Shown piece by piece: positions 37,447-46,894 of a stretch of 64,000 nt of DNA. This stretch comes from a virus (lineage: Duplodnaviria; Heunggongvirae; Uroviricota; Caudoviricetes). Location of the stretch: positions 72,468-136,467 of the IMG/VR virus record IMGVR_UViG_3300026549_002494, one strand, 5' to 3'. A program made the translations under genes and the position numbers. The notes beneath the pieces are model-generated. The model was not told the DNA's origin, did no database searches, and saw nothing but the letters and a program-made list of their open reading frames with translations. Every line of letters starts with the position of its first letter. Positions within the stretch are counted from its first letter, which is position 1.

Positions 37447-38025
37447 TTGGAGGAGATTAAAATTTCAACCAGAGATAATACATACAATAGTTCTAATACC
37501 AGAACATTTTTGTTATCAGACGAAATAGATAACGAATCTGTTGGGAAAATCTTATGGGGTATTATAGATTTAATACAAGAAGATGATGAGAAAGACAAGA
37601 AAGAAAAAAATTATGAGCGTGAACCAATAAAATTATATATTAATTCGTTTGGTGGCTCTATTTATGATATGTGGGGATTAATTGATGTTATGCTTTCAAG
37701 TAAAACTCCAATTCATACATACTGTGTTGGAAGCACCATGAGTGCGGCGTTAAATATTTTTTTAGCCGGGACAAAAAGATTTTGTTACAAACATTCTACT
37801 TTTATGTATCATCAAATGACAAGTTATAGAGGATGGCAGAAATATCAGGATATTGTAGAGGGTAAGGATGAATTAGATGCTCTCAATAGACAACTTGAAG
37901 AATTTGTAGTTGAAAGAACCAATCTTACAAGAGCAGAAATTGATGAAATTCGAGAAAAGAAAAAAGATGTCTATATTCATTCTAATGAAGCAGTGAAGTA
38001 CGGTATAGTTAATGAAATTTTGTAA
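37447..38025 (+). CDS. ClpP-like (S14 family) serine protease
   Basis: YINSFGGSIYD, CVGSTMSAALNIF (Ser), FMYHQ (His) resemble ClpP catalytic motifs. TTG start with no clear RBS. Confidence 0.5.
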   Translation: MEEIKISTRDNTYNSSNTRTFLLSDEIDNESVGKILWGIIDLIQEDDEKDKKEKNYEREPIKLYINSFGGSIYDMWGLIDVMLSSKTPIHTYCVGSTMSAALNIFLAGTKRFCYKHSTFMYHQMTSYRGWQKYQDIVEGKDELDALNRQLEEFVVERTNLTRAEIDEIREKKKDVYIHSNEAVKYGIVNEIL

Positions 38026-38172
38026 TAAAAAGACTAACTATTAAAAGTCAAGAGGAAAATTAGAATTTCTTGAGAAAATTTTTAGAAAGTCTGAATAATC
38101 AGTTGAACATTGAAAATTGCATGACAAATAGAGCAACGAAAGTTGCTCGTCAAAAAATATTGGAATGAGAGA

Positions 38173-39390
38173 TTAAACAGCTTTGTAAAGTTGCCCTGTT
38201 TTCTCTAAATGATAAACTAATCGCACAAGTTTCTTGGCAGCATGAGATATAGCGACGTTGTAGTGCTTACCTTCGCCTTGCTTTTTAGCAAGGTATTCAG
38301 CAAAAGATGAATCCCAATGGCAAACATACTTTGTTGCATTAAACAGAGCGTATCTCAAGTATCGGGAACCACGCTTCTCCATATGTGAATAGGTAGAAGT
38401 TAGTTGCCCTGACTGATATGTTGATGGCGATAAACCTGCATAAGCAAGAATTTTATCAGGTGAAGAAAACCTATCAAAATCACCGATTTCAGCGATTATC
38501 ATAGCTCCCATACGATAACTGATGCCGGGAATGCTGAGAATAGGAGAATTAATTTTATCCATTATGGATTTAATAGCTTCTTCAATTTCTTTGATTTCAG
38601 TGTCAAGTTCTTTTATGAGCTTAATGGTATGCTTTAATTCAAGAGATTTGGCAGGCATAACAGAGCCGATAGAGTTTCTTGCAATATCCCGAAAGCGAAT
38701 AGCAGTATCGCGGTTGTATCTGCCTTTTGAGGCTTCATATAGCAGATTCGTTAGTCGCGTAAGGTGAGCTTCAGCAATGTGATGAGCTGACGGAAATTCC
38801 GAGAGCAACGCATAGATAGACTTCATATGTAGAGTTGGAACCGCCTTTTCGAGTTCAGGAAAAAGAATGTTAACAAGTCTTGCGATGGATTGTTTAAGCT
38901 TGGCTCTTTCAGAAACTTTATCAAATCTGTATCTTGTTAGTGACTTTAACTCTTCGTTATGGTACAATGTATTCGAGTAGGACTTTAAGTTCACATCAGA
39001 CATTAACATCATAGCGATAGTATGAGCATCAACCTTATCTGTTTTAGTCTTTCTGAGGGTGAGACTTTTTCGATACAGATTGGTATGTAGTGGATTGATA
39101 ACAAAGGTCGGCAAGCCTTTATCAAGAAGATACCCAAGCAGATTGTATGAGTAATGTCCTGTGGCTTCAAGCCCTACTTTTACTTTGTTCAAATCATCTG
39201 TAACCGATAAAATTTTTTGATAAAGATTATCAAAACCTTCCATTGTGTTTGGAATGGTGAAGGCATTAAAGAGAACTTCACCATCGGAGTTACAAATAAA
39301 GCAGTCATGCTTATCCTTTGCAACATCAATTCCGGCATAAATCATAAAACAACCTCGTTTCAATAGAATTTTGATACTGTTTAGACCCAC
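38173..39390 (-). CDS. IS110-family DEDD transposase
   Basis: N-terminal MIYAGIDVAKDKHD signature. Full-length 405 aa. Probable true start at M of MIYAGID. Confidence 0.8.
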   Translation of the reverse strand: MGLNSIKILLKRGCFMIYAGIDVAKDKHDCFICNSDGEVLFNAFTIPNTMEGFDNLYQKILSVTDDLNKVKVGLEATGHYSYNLLGYLLDKGLPTFVINPLHTNLYRKSLTLRKTKTDKVDAHTIAMMLMSDVNLKSYSNTLYHNEELKSLTRYRFDKVSERAKLKQSIARLVNILFPELEKAVPTLHMKSIYALLSEFPSAHHIAEAHLTRLTNLLYEASKGRYNRDTAIRFRDIARNSIGSVMPAKSLELKHTIKLIKELDTEIKEIEEAIKSIMDKINSPILSIPGISYRMGAMIIAEIGDFDRFSSPDKILAYAGLSPSTYQSGQLTSTYSHMEKRGSRYLRYALFNATKYVCHWDSSFAEYLAKKQGEGKHYNVAISHAAKKLVRLVYHLEKTGQLYKAV

Positions 39391-39570
39391 AGGGCACTTT
39401 GCGATTGTAACCTTGTTCTAAATAAACCGTTATGCGGTATCTAACTGATTAACAACTGTACAAAGAGACTGTGGTTAGAGCCTTTTTGAAACCATCGAGT
39501 GGTAGGAGGATTAAACTAATCCACAGTATCTAAACACAGTATAGCAAATATCCGTAAAAATGGATATATA
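39391..39570 (-). ncRNA. candidate IS110 bridge-RNA-like non-coding region
   Basis: Non-coding leader upstream of the IS110 transposase with multiple stem-forming repeats (ccacaggg/ctgtgg, atactgtttaga/tctaaacacagtat). By analogy to described IS110 bridge RNAs. Confidence 0.3.
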
Positions 39571-39604
39571 AACTATAAATATATAATACAAGGAGAATAA
39601 ATAT

Positions 39605-39955
39605 ATGGAACCTATTTACCCCACAAGAACAGAGCTAATATCAGCAGATTTAGAAAAACATGACAAAAACGAATACATTCTACATCTTCGTTATAGGGTT
39701 AAAAGTCAATATGGTACAGTCATATACGATATACCAAAGGTATTCTTACCTATAGGCAGTTTCGCTAAGATACTGCATGAAAATGACAAGGTATATTTAA
39801 CCTTTTTTGACGGAACTAAATTACCTCTGGGTTTGAATAAAGAAGGTGTAGCGATTCATATGGTTTCTGAGAAACCAAGTAAAAAAATGACAATTGCCGA
39901 AATTGAGAAAGAACTTGGCTATTCCATAGAAGTTGTTTCAGAGAAGGAGAATTAA
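39605..39955 (+). CDS. hypothetical protein
   Basis: 116-aa ORF, AAGGAG RBS. Confidence 0.4.
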   Translation: MEPIYPTRTELISADLEKHDKNEYILHLRYRVKSQYGTVIYDIPKVFLPIGSFAKILHENDKVYLTFFDGTKLPLGLNKEGVAIHMVSEKPSKKMTIAEIEKELGYSIEVVSEKEN

Positions 39956-40167
39956 TGATTATACAATTCAAAAATGGTAGTAGCATAAAATGCTTGTCCG
40001 GCGGGAAATGCAAGCGAAGTAAGCGAGGACGGAAACAAAGAGAAAAAATCAGAGATTATTATTTGAAATATCCGGATAAGTTTTTTGAAGATTTTACTGG
40101 ATACAAACTGCTTCCATATCAAAGAGTTATATTAAGAATAATAGGGGGAGAAATTCGTAATGACTAA
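39955..40167 (+). CDS. hypothetical protein; paralog of the 29389 ORF
   Basis: N-terminal FKNGSSIKCLSGGKCKRSKRGRKQ, similar to the 29389 ORF. Confidence 0.35.
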   Translation: MIIQFKNGSSIKCLSGGKCKRSKRGRKQREKIRDYYLKYPDKFFEDFTGYKLLPYQRVILRIIGGEIRND

Positions 40168-40350
40168 ATTTATCGAATTAACAACAAAATTAGGAAAAAC
40201 ACTTGTGAATTTAGAACTCGTTGATACAATATATGATAACAAAGAGATAGATAAAAGAGTTCTTTCATTTGCTGGCACCGAAGAATACATATGTGTTAAT
40301 GAGAGCTACGATGAGATTGTGAGTAAAATTAAAACAGAGGAGAAAAAACA

Positions 40351-40695
40351 ATGAATTCTAAAAAAGCAACGATATATGATTATGCGAGGATGTGTAGGGC
40401 GAATCTTCACAAATGTGAAAACTGTCCGATGTGGGATTATAAATGTTCTATATCTGCAATGGACGTAAAAGATGCTGACAAAGCAAACGAAATAATACTT
40501 AAATGGTGCAAGGAACACCCTGTAGAAACACGGCAGGATAGATTTTTAAAGATGTTTCCGAATGCTGAAATGCTTGACGGGCGCCTTAAACTTTGCCCCG
40601 AAGAGTTGGGGTGCGTAGAGGAAAACGAGATGTGTTCAATGTATTCTTGCGATGAATGTCGTCAAAAATATTGGCTTGCGGAGGTAGACGAATGA
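40351..40695 (+). CDS. Cys-rich small protein
   Basis: CENCPMWDYKCS...CPEELGC...CDEC. Confidence 0.35.
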   Translation: MNSKKATIYDYARMCRANLHKCENCPMWDYKCSISAMDVKDADKANEIILKWCKEHPVETRQDRFLKMFPNAEMLDGRLKLCPEELGCVEENEMCSMYSCDECRQKYWLAEVDE

Positions 40696-40994
40696 AAGAT
40701 CAAATTATGTGTCCAATATGTCACCATCAAGCAAACCACGAGATTTACAGTTGTGAATGGGGCATAGAGGAGGAATATACCGATTGTTACGTATGCGGAT
40801 TTAGAGAAGAATTTGCATATGGATATCATTCCGTTATGGTCGGTAATAAATGGTTTGCTTGGAATTATACACTTGTTGGAAATAGGTATACAAATTTAAT
40901 GAAAAAAATTTCAAGGGCTGAATTTATGGCAAGACGCAATTGGAAGAAATTTAGAAAGAGGACATGCGTAAAGGATTGTCCTGTAATGAGGTGA
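40656..40994 (+). CDS. zinc-finger small protein
   Basis: CPICHH...CEWG...CYVCGF. Confidence 0.35.
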   Translation: MSSKILACGGRRMKDQIMCPICHHQANHEIYSCEWGIEEEYTDCYVCGFREEFAYGYHSVMVGNKWFAWNYTLVGNRYTNLMKKISRAEFMARRNWKKFRKRTCVKDCPVMR

Positions 40995-40998
40995 GCGA

Positions 40999-41247
40999 AT
41001 GAATTATTTAATTTTGTATGACAATGAGAATTATGTATATATAGACGCTGAAAATCTGGAAGATTGTATCATTCAATTTGCTGATTATACAGGTTATAAT
41101 ACGGAGTTGTTTTTGAAAGCATTAAAAGGGTGTCATTCACCTAAAGATTATGTTAGTATATATGAACATTTTAGCAATTATAATATAAATTCTATTCTTG
41201 TAATACAGCAAGCAATTTATGACGAGGAGGCAGAAGAAAATGAGTGA
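40999..41247 (+). CDS. hypothetical protein
   Basis: 82-aa ORF. Confidence 0.3.
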   Translation: MNYLILYDNENYVYIDAENLEDCIIQFADYTGYNTELFLKALKGCHSPKDYVSIYEHFSNYNINSILVIQQAIYDEEAEENE

Positions 41248-41590
41248 AAAAGAACGTCTGGTTGAGTTGTTGCAAAATTGTCAGATCCAAACCCGAACAC
41301 TTGAAGATTTATTCTATAAATCTGTAATTGAAAAGATTGCAGACCACTTACTTGAAAATGGTATAATTGTACCGCCTGTTAATGTTGGCGGCATAGTATG
41401 GGTAATATATAACAAATGTGTTACGCCAGCAAATGTTATGGCAGTATATGTTGATAAAAGCGGTGGAATGTTTGATTTGAAAATATTAACCGAGGGGATT
41501 AAATCTACAATAAATAAAGATTATACATTCGATATGGTTTACACAACCAAAGAAGAAGCAGAAAAAGCATTGAAAGGCGGTGCGGAATGA
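41219..41590 (+). CDS. hypothetical protein
   Basis: 123-aa ORF. Confidence 0.35.
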   Translation: MTRRQKKMSEKERLVELLQNCQIQTRTLEDLFYKSVIEKIADHLLENGIIVPPVNVGGIVWVIYNKCVTPANVMAVYVDKSGGMFDLKILTEGIKSTINKDYTFDMVYTTKEEAEKALKGGAE

Positions 41591-41705
41591 TGTGTATATC
41601 AACAAAAATTAAACAGTTATTTTGTAAACATTCTTTTGAAAAGCATTATATCCCACACGGTTTTAGGATTGTAGATGGTTATATGGTACACGCATTTGAA
41701 TACAA

Positions 41706-42620
41706 ATGTTCAAAATGCGGGAAAACACAGGTGAAAATCACGAAGCAGAAAGACGGTGTGGAGTGATGAATAAAATAAATGTAAATTTGTATGGCGGTAA
41801 AAGTCTATTTGGCGGTAAAGAGTCACCTTTGGAAGCAGATGAAATATACTGTGACAGAGCAGAACAATGTACTTATTACAAAAACAATACCTGCTTGAAT
41901 TGTAGAGATTTCTTAGTCCCCCGTTGCAAATTTGGTAATGTGGTGACTACCAAAGGATATACAAGTCGAGCAAAAAAGTATTTTAGCTTTAAGGGCAAAT
42001 ATCAAAACGATAAAGTATATAACAAACTAAAATATCCTAATGACCGTGTAGCAATTATGGGGGATGAATTGTATATTCGGTATGATTATGGCACGGTGAG
42101 AAAACGCTCCGAACAGGACGAGAAGTGGAGGAAAGATGTTGAGGGGTATATTATATCCACAGATGGTTATAGAAAAAGTGTGTTTATCCCTTTGAATGAA
42201 GTGACGAATAACTTGCTTTTCGCAATTTTTTCTAATGAGCCTCGTACGATGTTTGGTGGAGTAATAGACGATTATCAAAATAAAGTAGTGCCCGATATTA
42301 TACAGACACTTAAAAGAGTTGCACCCGAAATACATAAGAAATTTATTAAGAAATATCCGCAATTTGATAAAGAACCAAATTATATTGGCAGAAAAGTTTA
42401 TGTTAATTCTCTCAAATCAAATACCAAATTTACGGCAAAAAATAAAGAATGGCTTTTTGATGGCGAATATGTTTCTGCTTCTAATATAGATATAGGCAGT
42501 AGTTCTCCGTGGTGGCTGCAAAATGGTGTTTATAGTGATGTAAAAATAAAAGTTAACGATAAAATGACAATAGAGATTAACGATAATTCAATAGTCGATG
42601 AAAATACACGATTTGTATAA
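41706..42620 (+). CDS. hypothetical protein (Cys-rich N-terminus)
   Basis: 304-aa ORF. The likely start is the internal ATG (MNKINVNLYGG). Confidence 0.4.
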   Translation: MFKMRENTGENHEAERRCGVMNKINVNLYGGKSLFGGKESPLEADEIYCDRAEQCTYYKNNTCLNCRDFLVPRCKFGNVVTTKGYTSRAKKYFSFKGKYQNDKVYNKLKYPNDRVAIMGDELYIRYDYGTVRKRSEQDEKWRKDVEGYIISTDGYRKSVFIPLNEVTNNLLFAIFSNEPRTMFGGVIDDYQNKVVPDIIQTLKRVAPEIHKKFIKKYPQFDKEPNYIGRKVYVNSLKSNTKFTAKNKEWLFDGEYVSASNIDIGSSSPWWLQNGVYSDVKIKVNDKMTIEINDNSIVDENTRFV

Positions 42621-42663
42621 ATGTTCGGCAATATTTATGATAACCCCGAATTATTGGAGGTGA

Positions 42664-43032
42664 ATGACAGTGACAGATAATGAAATTGTAAAAGCTTTAA
42701 AATATTGCAAAGAACACAAGGGTATGTGTACAGATGATTGTATATACAGAGCGGTGTATAGGGGAGGTTGTCTCCCAATGTTACAAAAGGATGTTATCAA
42801 TCTCATCAACCGCCAAAAGGCTGAGATTGAGAAATATAAATCGGGAATGATTGCAAATGCCGAGGTAGTAAAAACGTTGACAAATGAACTTAAAACCGCA
42901 AAATCCGAAGCAATAAAAGAGTTTGCGGAACGATTGAAGGAGAGATACGAAAAACATATATTATGCAGTACAAATATACTGAACAATGAAATTGACAACC
43001 TTGTAAAAGAAATGACGGAGGTAGAAAGATGA
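42664..43032 (+). CDS. hypothetical coiled-coil protein
   Basis: 122 aa. The antisense ORF 42651-43175 is rejected as a shadow. Confidence 0.4.
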   Translation: MTVTDNEIVKALKYCKEHKGMCTDDCIYRAVYRGGCLPMLQKDVINLINRQKAEIEKYKSGMIANAEVVKTLTNELKTAKSEAIKEFAERLKERYEKHILCSTNILNNEIDNLVKEMTEVER

Positions 43033-43269
43033 AAATAAAGCAGTGCGACCGGTGTGGTAAAATAATACCCAATAAATGTGCGGATGAAACAAGTGTTGTC
43101 ACATACATAGCATCGAAAGAGGGGTATACATATCTCCCTCGTAACTTTGACTATGCCATGAGTGTTCAAAATCATTTGTAAAATGGCTTAAAGCACTGGG
43201 TAATCTCAATTAAAGAAAACATAATGAGTGATTTTGTAAATTAAGATAAACATTAAGGAGAATTATTAT

Positions 43270-43638
43270 ATGAACTGTACAAATTGTTTGCATTATAATG
43301 CTTGTCTTGGATGGGTAGGAAACGAAGATGAGGAAAGATTTCTCGAAAGCAACTCACCGGAGAAATGTGATTGTTTCGACAATAATGAGCTGTATGTGAA
43401 ATTGCCCTGCAAAAGAGGAGACAGGCTCTATATTGTTCTTAGAGGCACAAATGAAGTGTTAGTTGGAACAGTGAGGAAGTTGACTTTTAGCGATACAAGA
43501 GATATTGTTGTAGACATTGCATATATAAAAAACGGTTACGGAACTACCGGCAATTTCATGAGCAATTCGTTTGGAAAAACCGTATTTTACACAGAACAAG
43601 AAGCGATTGTAGCAGCAAGTAAAGTAGCAAGGAAGTGA
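43270..43638 (+). CDS. hypothetical protein
   Basis: 122-aa ORF. Confidence 0.35.
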   Translation: MNCTNCLHYNACLGWVGNEDEERFLESNSPEKCDCFDNNELYVKLPCKRGDRLYIVLRGTNEVLVGTVRKLTFSDTRDIVVDIAYIKNGYGTTGNFMSNSFGKTVFYTEQEAIVAASKVARK

Positions 43639-43642
43639 TTAT

Positions 43643-43867
43643 ATGAAGTTTTGTTTTGGAGATATTGTAATTGTAGACGATTTTCAAATAGGCGTTATAG
43701 TTAAAAGTTGGTGCGGAACAGAAGAAAACAATTATAACATCTATGTTCGTTCTTATAATGCAATTAAAAATTATAGAGAACCCAGAATTCAACGGTATAT
43801 GGTAAGACACAAATATCTCAGTGAGGAAGAAAAGCAATATCAATATAATGCGATTAACGGATTTTAA
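43643..43867 (+). CDS. hypothetical protein
   Basis: 74-aa ORF. Confidence 0.3.
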   Translation: MKFCFGDIVIVDDFQIGVIVKSWCGTEENNYNIYVRSYNAIKNYREPRIQRYMVRHKYLSEEEKQYQYNAINGF

Positions 43868-44002
43868 AAAGGGATAAAAATTAAATTTCATTTGGAGAAT
43901 ATATATTATGAGAGGTTACGGTGCTTGTATTAAAATACCGTTGGAGTGTCAGAAAAGTGTATGATTTTTGGTGGAATGTTGAGTAAAGGAAGGAGGAGTT
44001 TT

Positions 44003-44320
44003 ATGTATGACGTAGGTAAAATATCAATGTCGCCTATATTAGCCAAAGCAATTTCAGCTTCAGAGGATATAGCCAAAGCAGTTGCGGATAGTATTGTGCG
44101 ATATAAAAATTTAGATTTTGGTGATATTGAAGAAGCGGCAAAACAGATTAATTCTAAAAATGTCGTGAACAATAAACCGACTTTAGGAGCTTATCCTATG
44201 GGAAATAATGACGAAATAGTTATTTTTACTTTTTTAAACGAAAATAACGAACGAAACACCATGTGTATGTTCTTACAGGAATGGGAAGAAATTTCTAAAA
44301 GAAACAAGAGTCAAGAGTGA
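44003..44320 (+). CDS. hypothetical protein
   Basis: ATG after GGAAGGAGG RBS. Track ORF 43946-44320. Confidence 0.35.
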   Translation: MYDVGKISMSPILAKAISASEDIAKAVADSIVRYKNLDFGDIEEAAKQINSKNVVNNKPTLGAYPMGNNDEIVIFTFLNENNERNTMCMFLQEWEEISKRNKSQE

Positions 44321-44635
44321 TTTTCATATCACACTCTTTCTATCATAGGTTTACACCGTTCTTAGCGGCAATCTACAAGGATGTTAAGTAGCACTACGAT
44401 AGCACATTATATCACAAAGTGAAATATTTTCAAATCAATAGAGCAATTTTCCGCTCTGCATTTTTCAAAAAATAACAACCAAATAACAAGGTGGGGTAGT
44501 ATACCTTGGGTTTGTGCACCCAAAATCACTGTTAACATAAATTTTCATATAGAACTAATTTTATGTTCCATCCGCAAGGGTGTTTAGATATATTTTTATA
44601 TTTTATATTTTTTTAATTTAAGGAGGATAAAAATT

Positions 44636-45826
44636 TTGGCAAAGACAAAAGAAAGAAAGGCTTTAAAAAAGGGTAAAGCTCAGTTTAATCTCATTGGTCG
44701 TGTTAAGCTTACCGATAACACGTTCAGTCTCGATCATACTTATGATTCCGGATGGACAGATAGCGGTATGTATGTTGGTATTGATTGCGGTAACGGTAAT
44801 GTTGTATATGCCGAGATGAAGAGTGGCTTCTTCCCGGACAGAGATAATGTAATTCGTGCTTTTAGTGAGGATGAAAAAGACGAGAACGGTAAGAGTAAGT
44901 CGGTTGAAATTGATTGGGAAGACCGTTTGGATGAGTCATTGTATGATAGTATCTCAGACAATTCATTCATTACCGTAGGCGTTGAAAAAGACGTTAAGGG
45001 TAAGACGGTTTATAAAAAATTTCTTACAGCCTATGATGCAGTTAATTATCTTAGCGAATATCTTGAGGATGATGTAGTTGTTAACGTGAAAGGAAAGCTT
45101 GGTTATAGCGAGTATGATGGTAAAGTTTCAGTTAAGAAAGAAATAACTTCTATCGTTCTTTCAAAAATTGAAGACGAAGCGGATTTTAAAGCAACATTCT
45201 CACAAGCGATTCTTGTTGACTCAAAGAGTATTGGAAAAGAAATTAAGGATAAGGGAACAATAGAACTTATGGGCTATGTTGTTGATTATGTGGGCAAGCC
45301 CAAAATCAATGACGAAAAAGTTGAAGTAAGAAAAAATGTTGTATTTCCCAAGATGTTTGAGGTTGAAATTAATGAAAATCCTGAGATTACAGCAAAAATG
45401 CTTCAGAAATTTTTTAAGCCTAAGAAAGGTAGTATCAGCGAAGTTACCGTTGTCGGAAATCTAATCGAAGGTGGAACCATTGTTAATATCACAGAAGATG
45501 ATATTCCCGATGACATAAAGGAACTTATTGAGTTGGGTTTATATTCAGAAGAAGAAGCTGAAAGAAGATGTGCTGTGGGTAATAACAACCGTGAAAAACG
45601 AATGATTATTGTTAAACCGGATATTACATATGTTGGTGACAGTGAAAACAGGAAACCTGCTGTTGCCTTTGAAGACGGTAAGTATGACGAGGATGACTTG
45701 TATTTTTATGAACAGGCATTGCTCGATGCGGGAGTAGATACGGATACTGAAAAGTCAAGTGATACAGATAGCGAAGAAAGCACCGATGAAGAAACCGATC
45801 TTCTCGCAATGCTTGAAAATATGTAA
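44636..45826 (+). CDS. putative ssDNA-binding / recombination-mediator protein with acidic C-terminal tail
   Basis: 396 aa. C-terminus DTDTEKSSDTDSEESTDEETDLLAMLENM. TTG start after AAGGAGG. First gene of the replication module. Confidence 0.35.
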   Translation: MAKTKERKALKKGKAQFNLIGRVKLTDNTFSLDHTYDSGWTDSGMYVGIDCGNGNVVYAEMKSGFFPDRDNVIRAFSEDEKDENGKSKSVEIDWEDRLDESLYDSISDNSFITVGVEKDVKGKTVYKKFLTAYDAVNYLSEYLEDDVVVNVKGKLGYSEYDGKVSVKKEITSIVLSKIEDEADFKATFSQAILVDSKSIGKEIKDKGTIELMGYVVDYVGKPKINDEKVEVRKNVVFPKMFEVEINENPEITAKMLQKFFKPKKGSISEVTVVGNLIEGGTIVNITEDDIPDDIKELIELGLYSEEEAERRCAVGNNNREKRMIIVKPDITYVGDSENRKPAVAFEDGKYDEDDLYFYEQALLDAGVDTDTEKSSDTDSEESTDEETDLLAMLENM

Positions 45827-45847
45827 TAAAAAACAGGAGGATGTTAG

Positions 45848-46831
45848 ATGAGTTTTAGAAAAAGTGCAGCAAATAAAATAGGTGGTAAGTTTTTAGTATA
45901 TGGTGCGACTGGTACAGGAAAGTCATTATTTGGTTTGACTTTTCCCAATAGCATTGCCATAGACAGTGAAGCAGGTCTTGCCCACTATGAGGGTGTTCCA
46001 GTGTCTCTTAATAATGGTAATACATATAACAATCTAAAGTTTGTAGATACAACCTCTGATCTTGATACTCTTGAAGAAGATTTAGAAGATTTTGTTGATA
46101 TTGCAGAAGAAAATAAGTGTCAAACGCTTATTGTTGACAGTGAGAGTAAAATCTATGCAGGTCTTCAGGTCGCTGCGAACGAAGTAGAAGAAAAACGCGC
46201 AAGAAGAAAAGGTAAAGATGCGAATGATGTAAACATTTCGGTACTTAGCTGGGGACGTATCAAATTAATTAATATGAGATTGCAACAGACTAAAATTGAC
46301 CTTTCTTCTAAAGGATATCATATTGTATCCGTTGCACAGGAACAGGAAATTAAAGATGAAGATGGTAAAAGGGTATTAGGCTACAAGCCTGATTGTTATA
46401 AAACACTTCCTTATGATTATGATATTGTATGCAGATTTTTTAATAAAAAAGAAAACGATGGAATTCATTACTATGCAGAAATCATTAAGGATCGTACAAA
46501 TGTTACAAAGGTTGGAGATGTTGTAGAGAACCCCTGTTATGATATTTGGAAAGAATATTTCGATTCAAGATCAGGATTAACTGCGTCTGAAACGTCTTAT
46601 AAAAAAGATATGGCTACTTCAACCGAGTCTATGATTGACAAATCAGAAAGGTCAGAGGAACTCGCTACAGAGTTTAAAGAGGTTTTGAAATCTTTTAAAG
46701 ATAACAAAGATGCACTTCTTGCTGTTAACAAACTGATGAAAGAAAAAAATATTTCACTTAAAAATCTTGAACTTCAGTCACCTGAAACGCTTACAGAGCT
46801 TATTGACTTTGCAAAATTACAGTTAGGTTAA
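45848..46831 (+). CDS. AAA_24 / Sak4-like RecA-fold ATPase
   Basis: Walker A LVYGATGTGKS. Walker B-like LIVDSES. Confidence 0.55.
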   Translation: MSFRKSAANKIGGKFLVYGATGTGKSLFGLTFPNSIAIDSEAGLAHYEGVPVSLNNGNTYNNLKFVDTTSDLDTLEEDLEDFVDIAEENKCQTLIVDSESKIYAGLQVAANEVEEKRARRKGKDANDVNISVLSWGRIKLINMRLQQTKIDLSSKGYHIVSVAQEQEIKDEDGKRVLGYKPDCYKTLPYDYDIVCRFFNKKENDGIHYYAEIIKDRTNVTKVGDVVENPCYDIWKEYFDSRSGLTASETSYKKDMATSTESMIDKSERSEELATEFKEVLKSFKDNKDALLAVNKLMKEKNISLKNLELQSPETLTELIDFAKLQLG

Positions 46832-46894
46832 TATACATATTGCTCCGGTGAAGATAAATTTACCGGAGCCTCTTAACAGAAAGGATATTCTAAC

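Larger units (their letters stand above)
38040..39570 (-). mobile_element. IS110-family insertion sequence (approximate boundaries)
   Basis: DEDD transposase ORF plus about 180-nt structured non-coding 5' region (39391-39570) containing inverted repeats ATACTGTTTAGA / TCTAAACACAGTAT. Confidence 0.55.

Noticed and set aside
42651-43175. 174-aa minus-strand ORF
   Set aside because: Antisense shadow of the well-formed + strand coiled-coil ORF 42664-43032. Its translation is Phe/Ser/Ile-rich nonsense.
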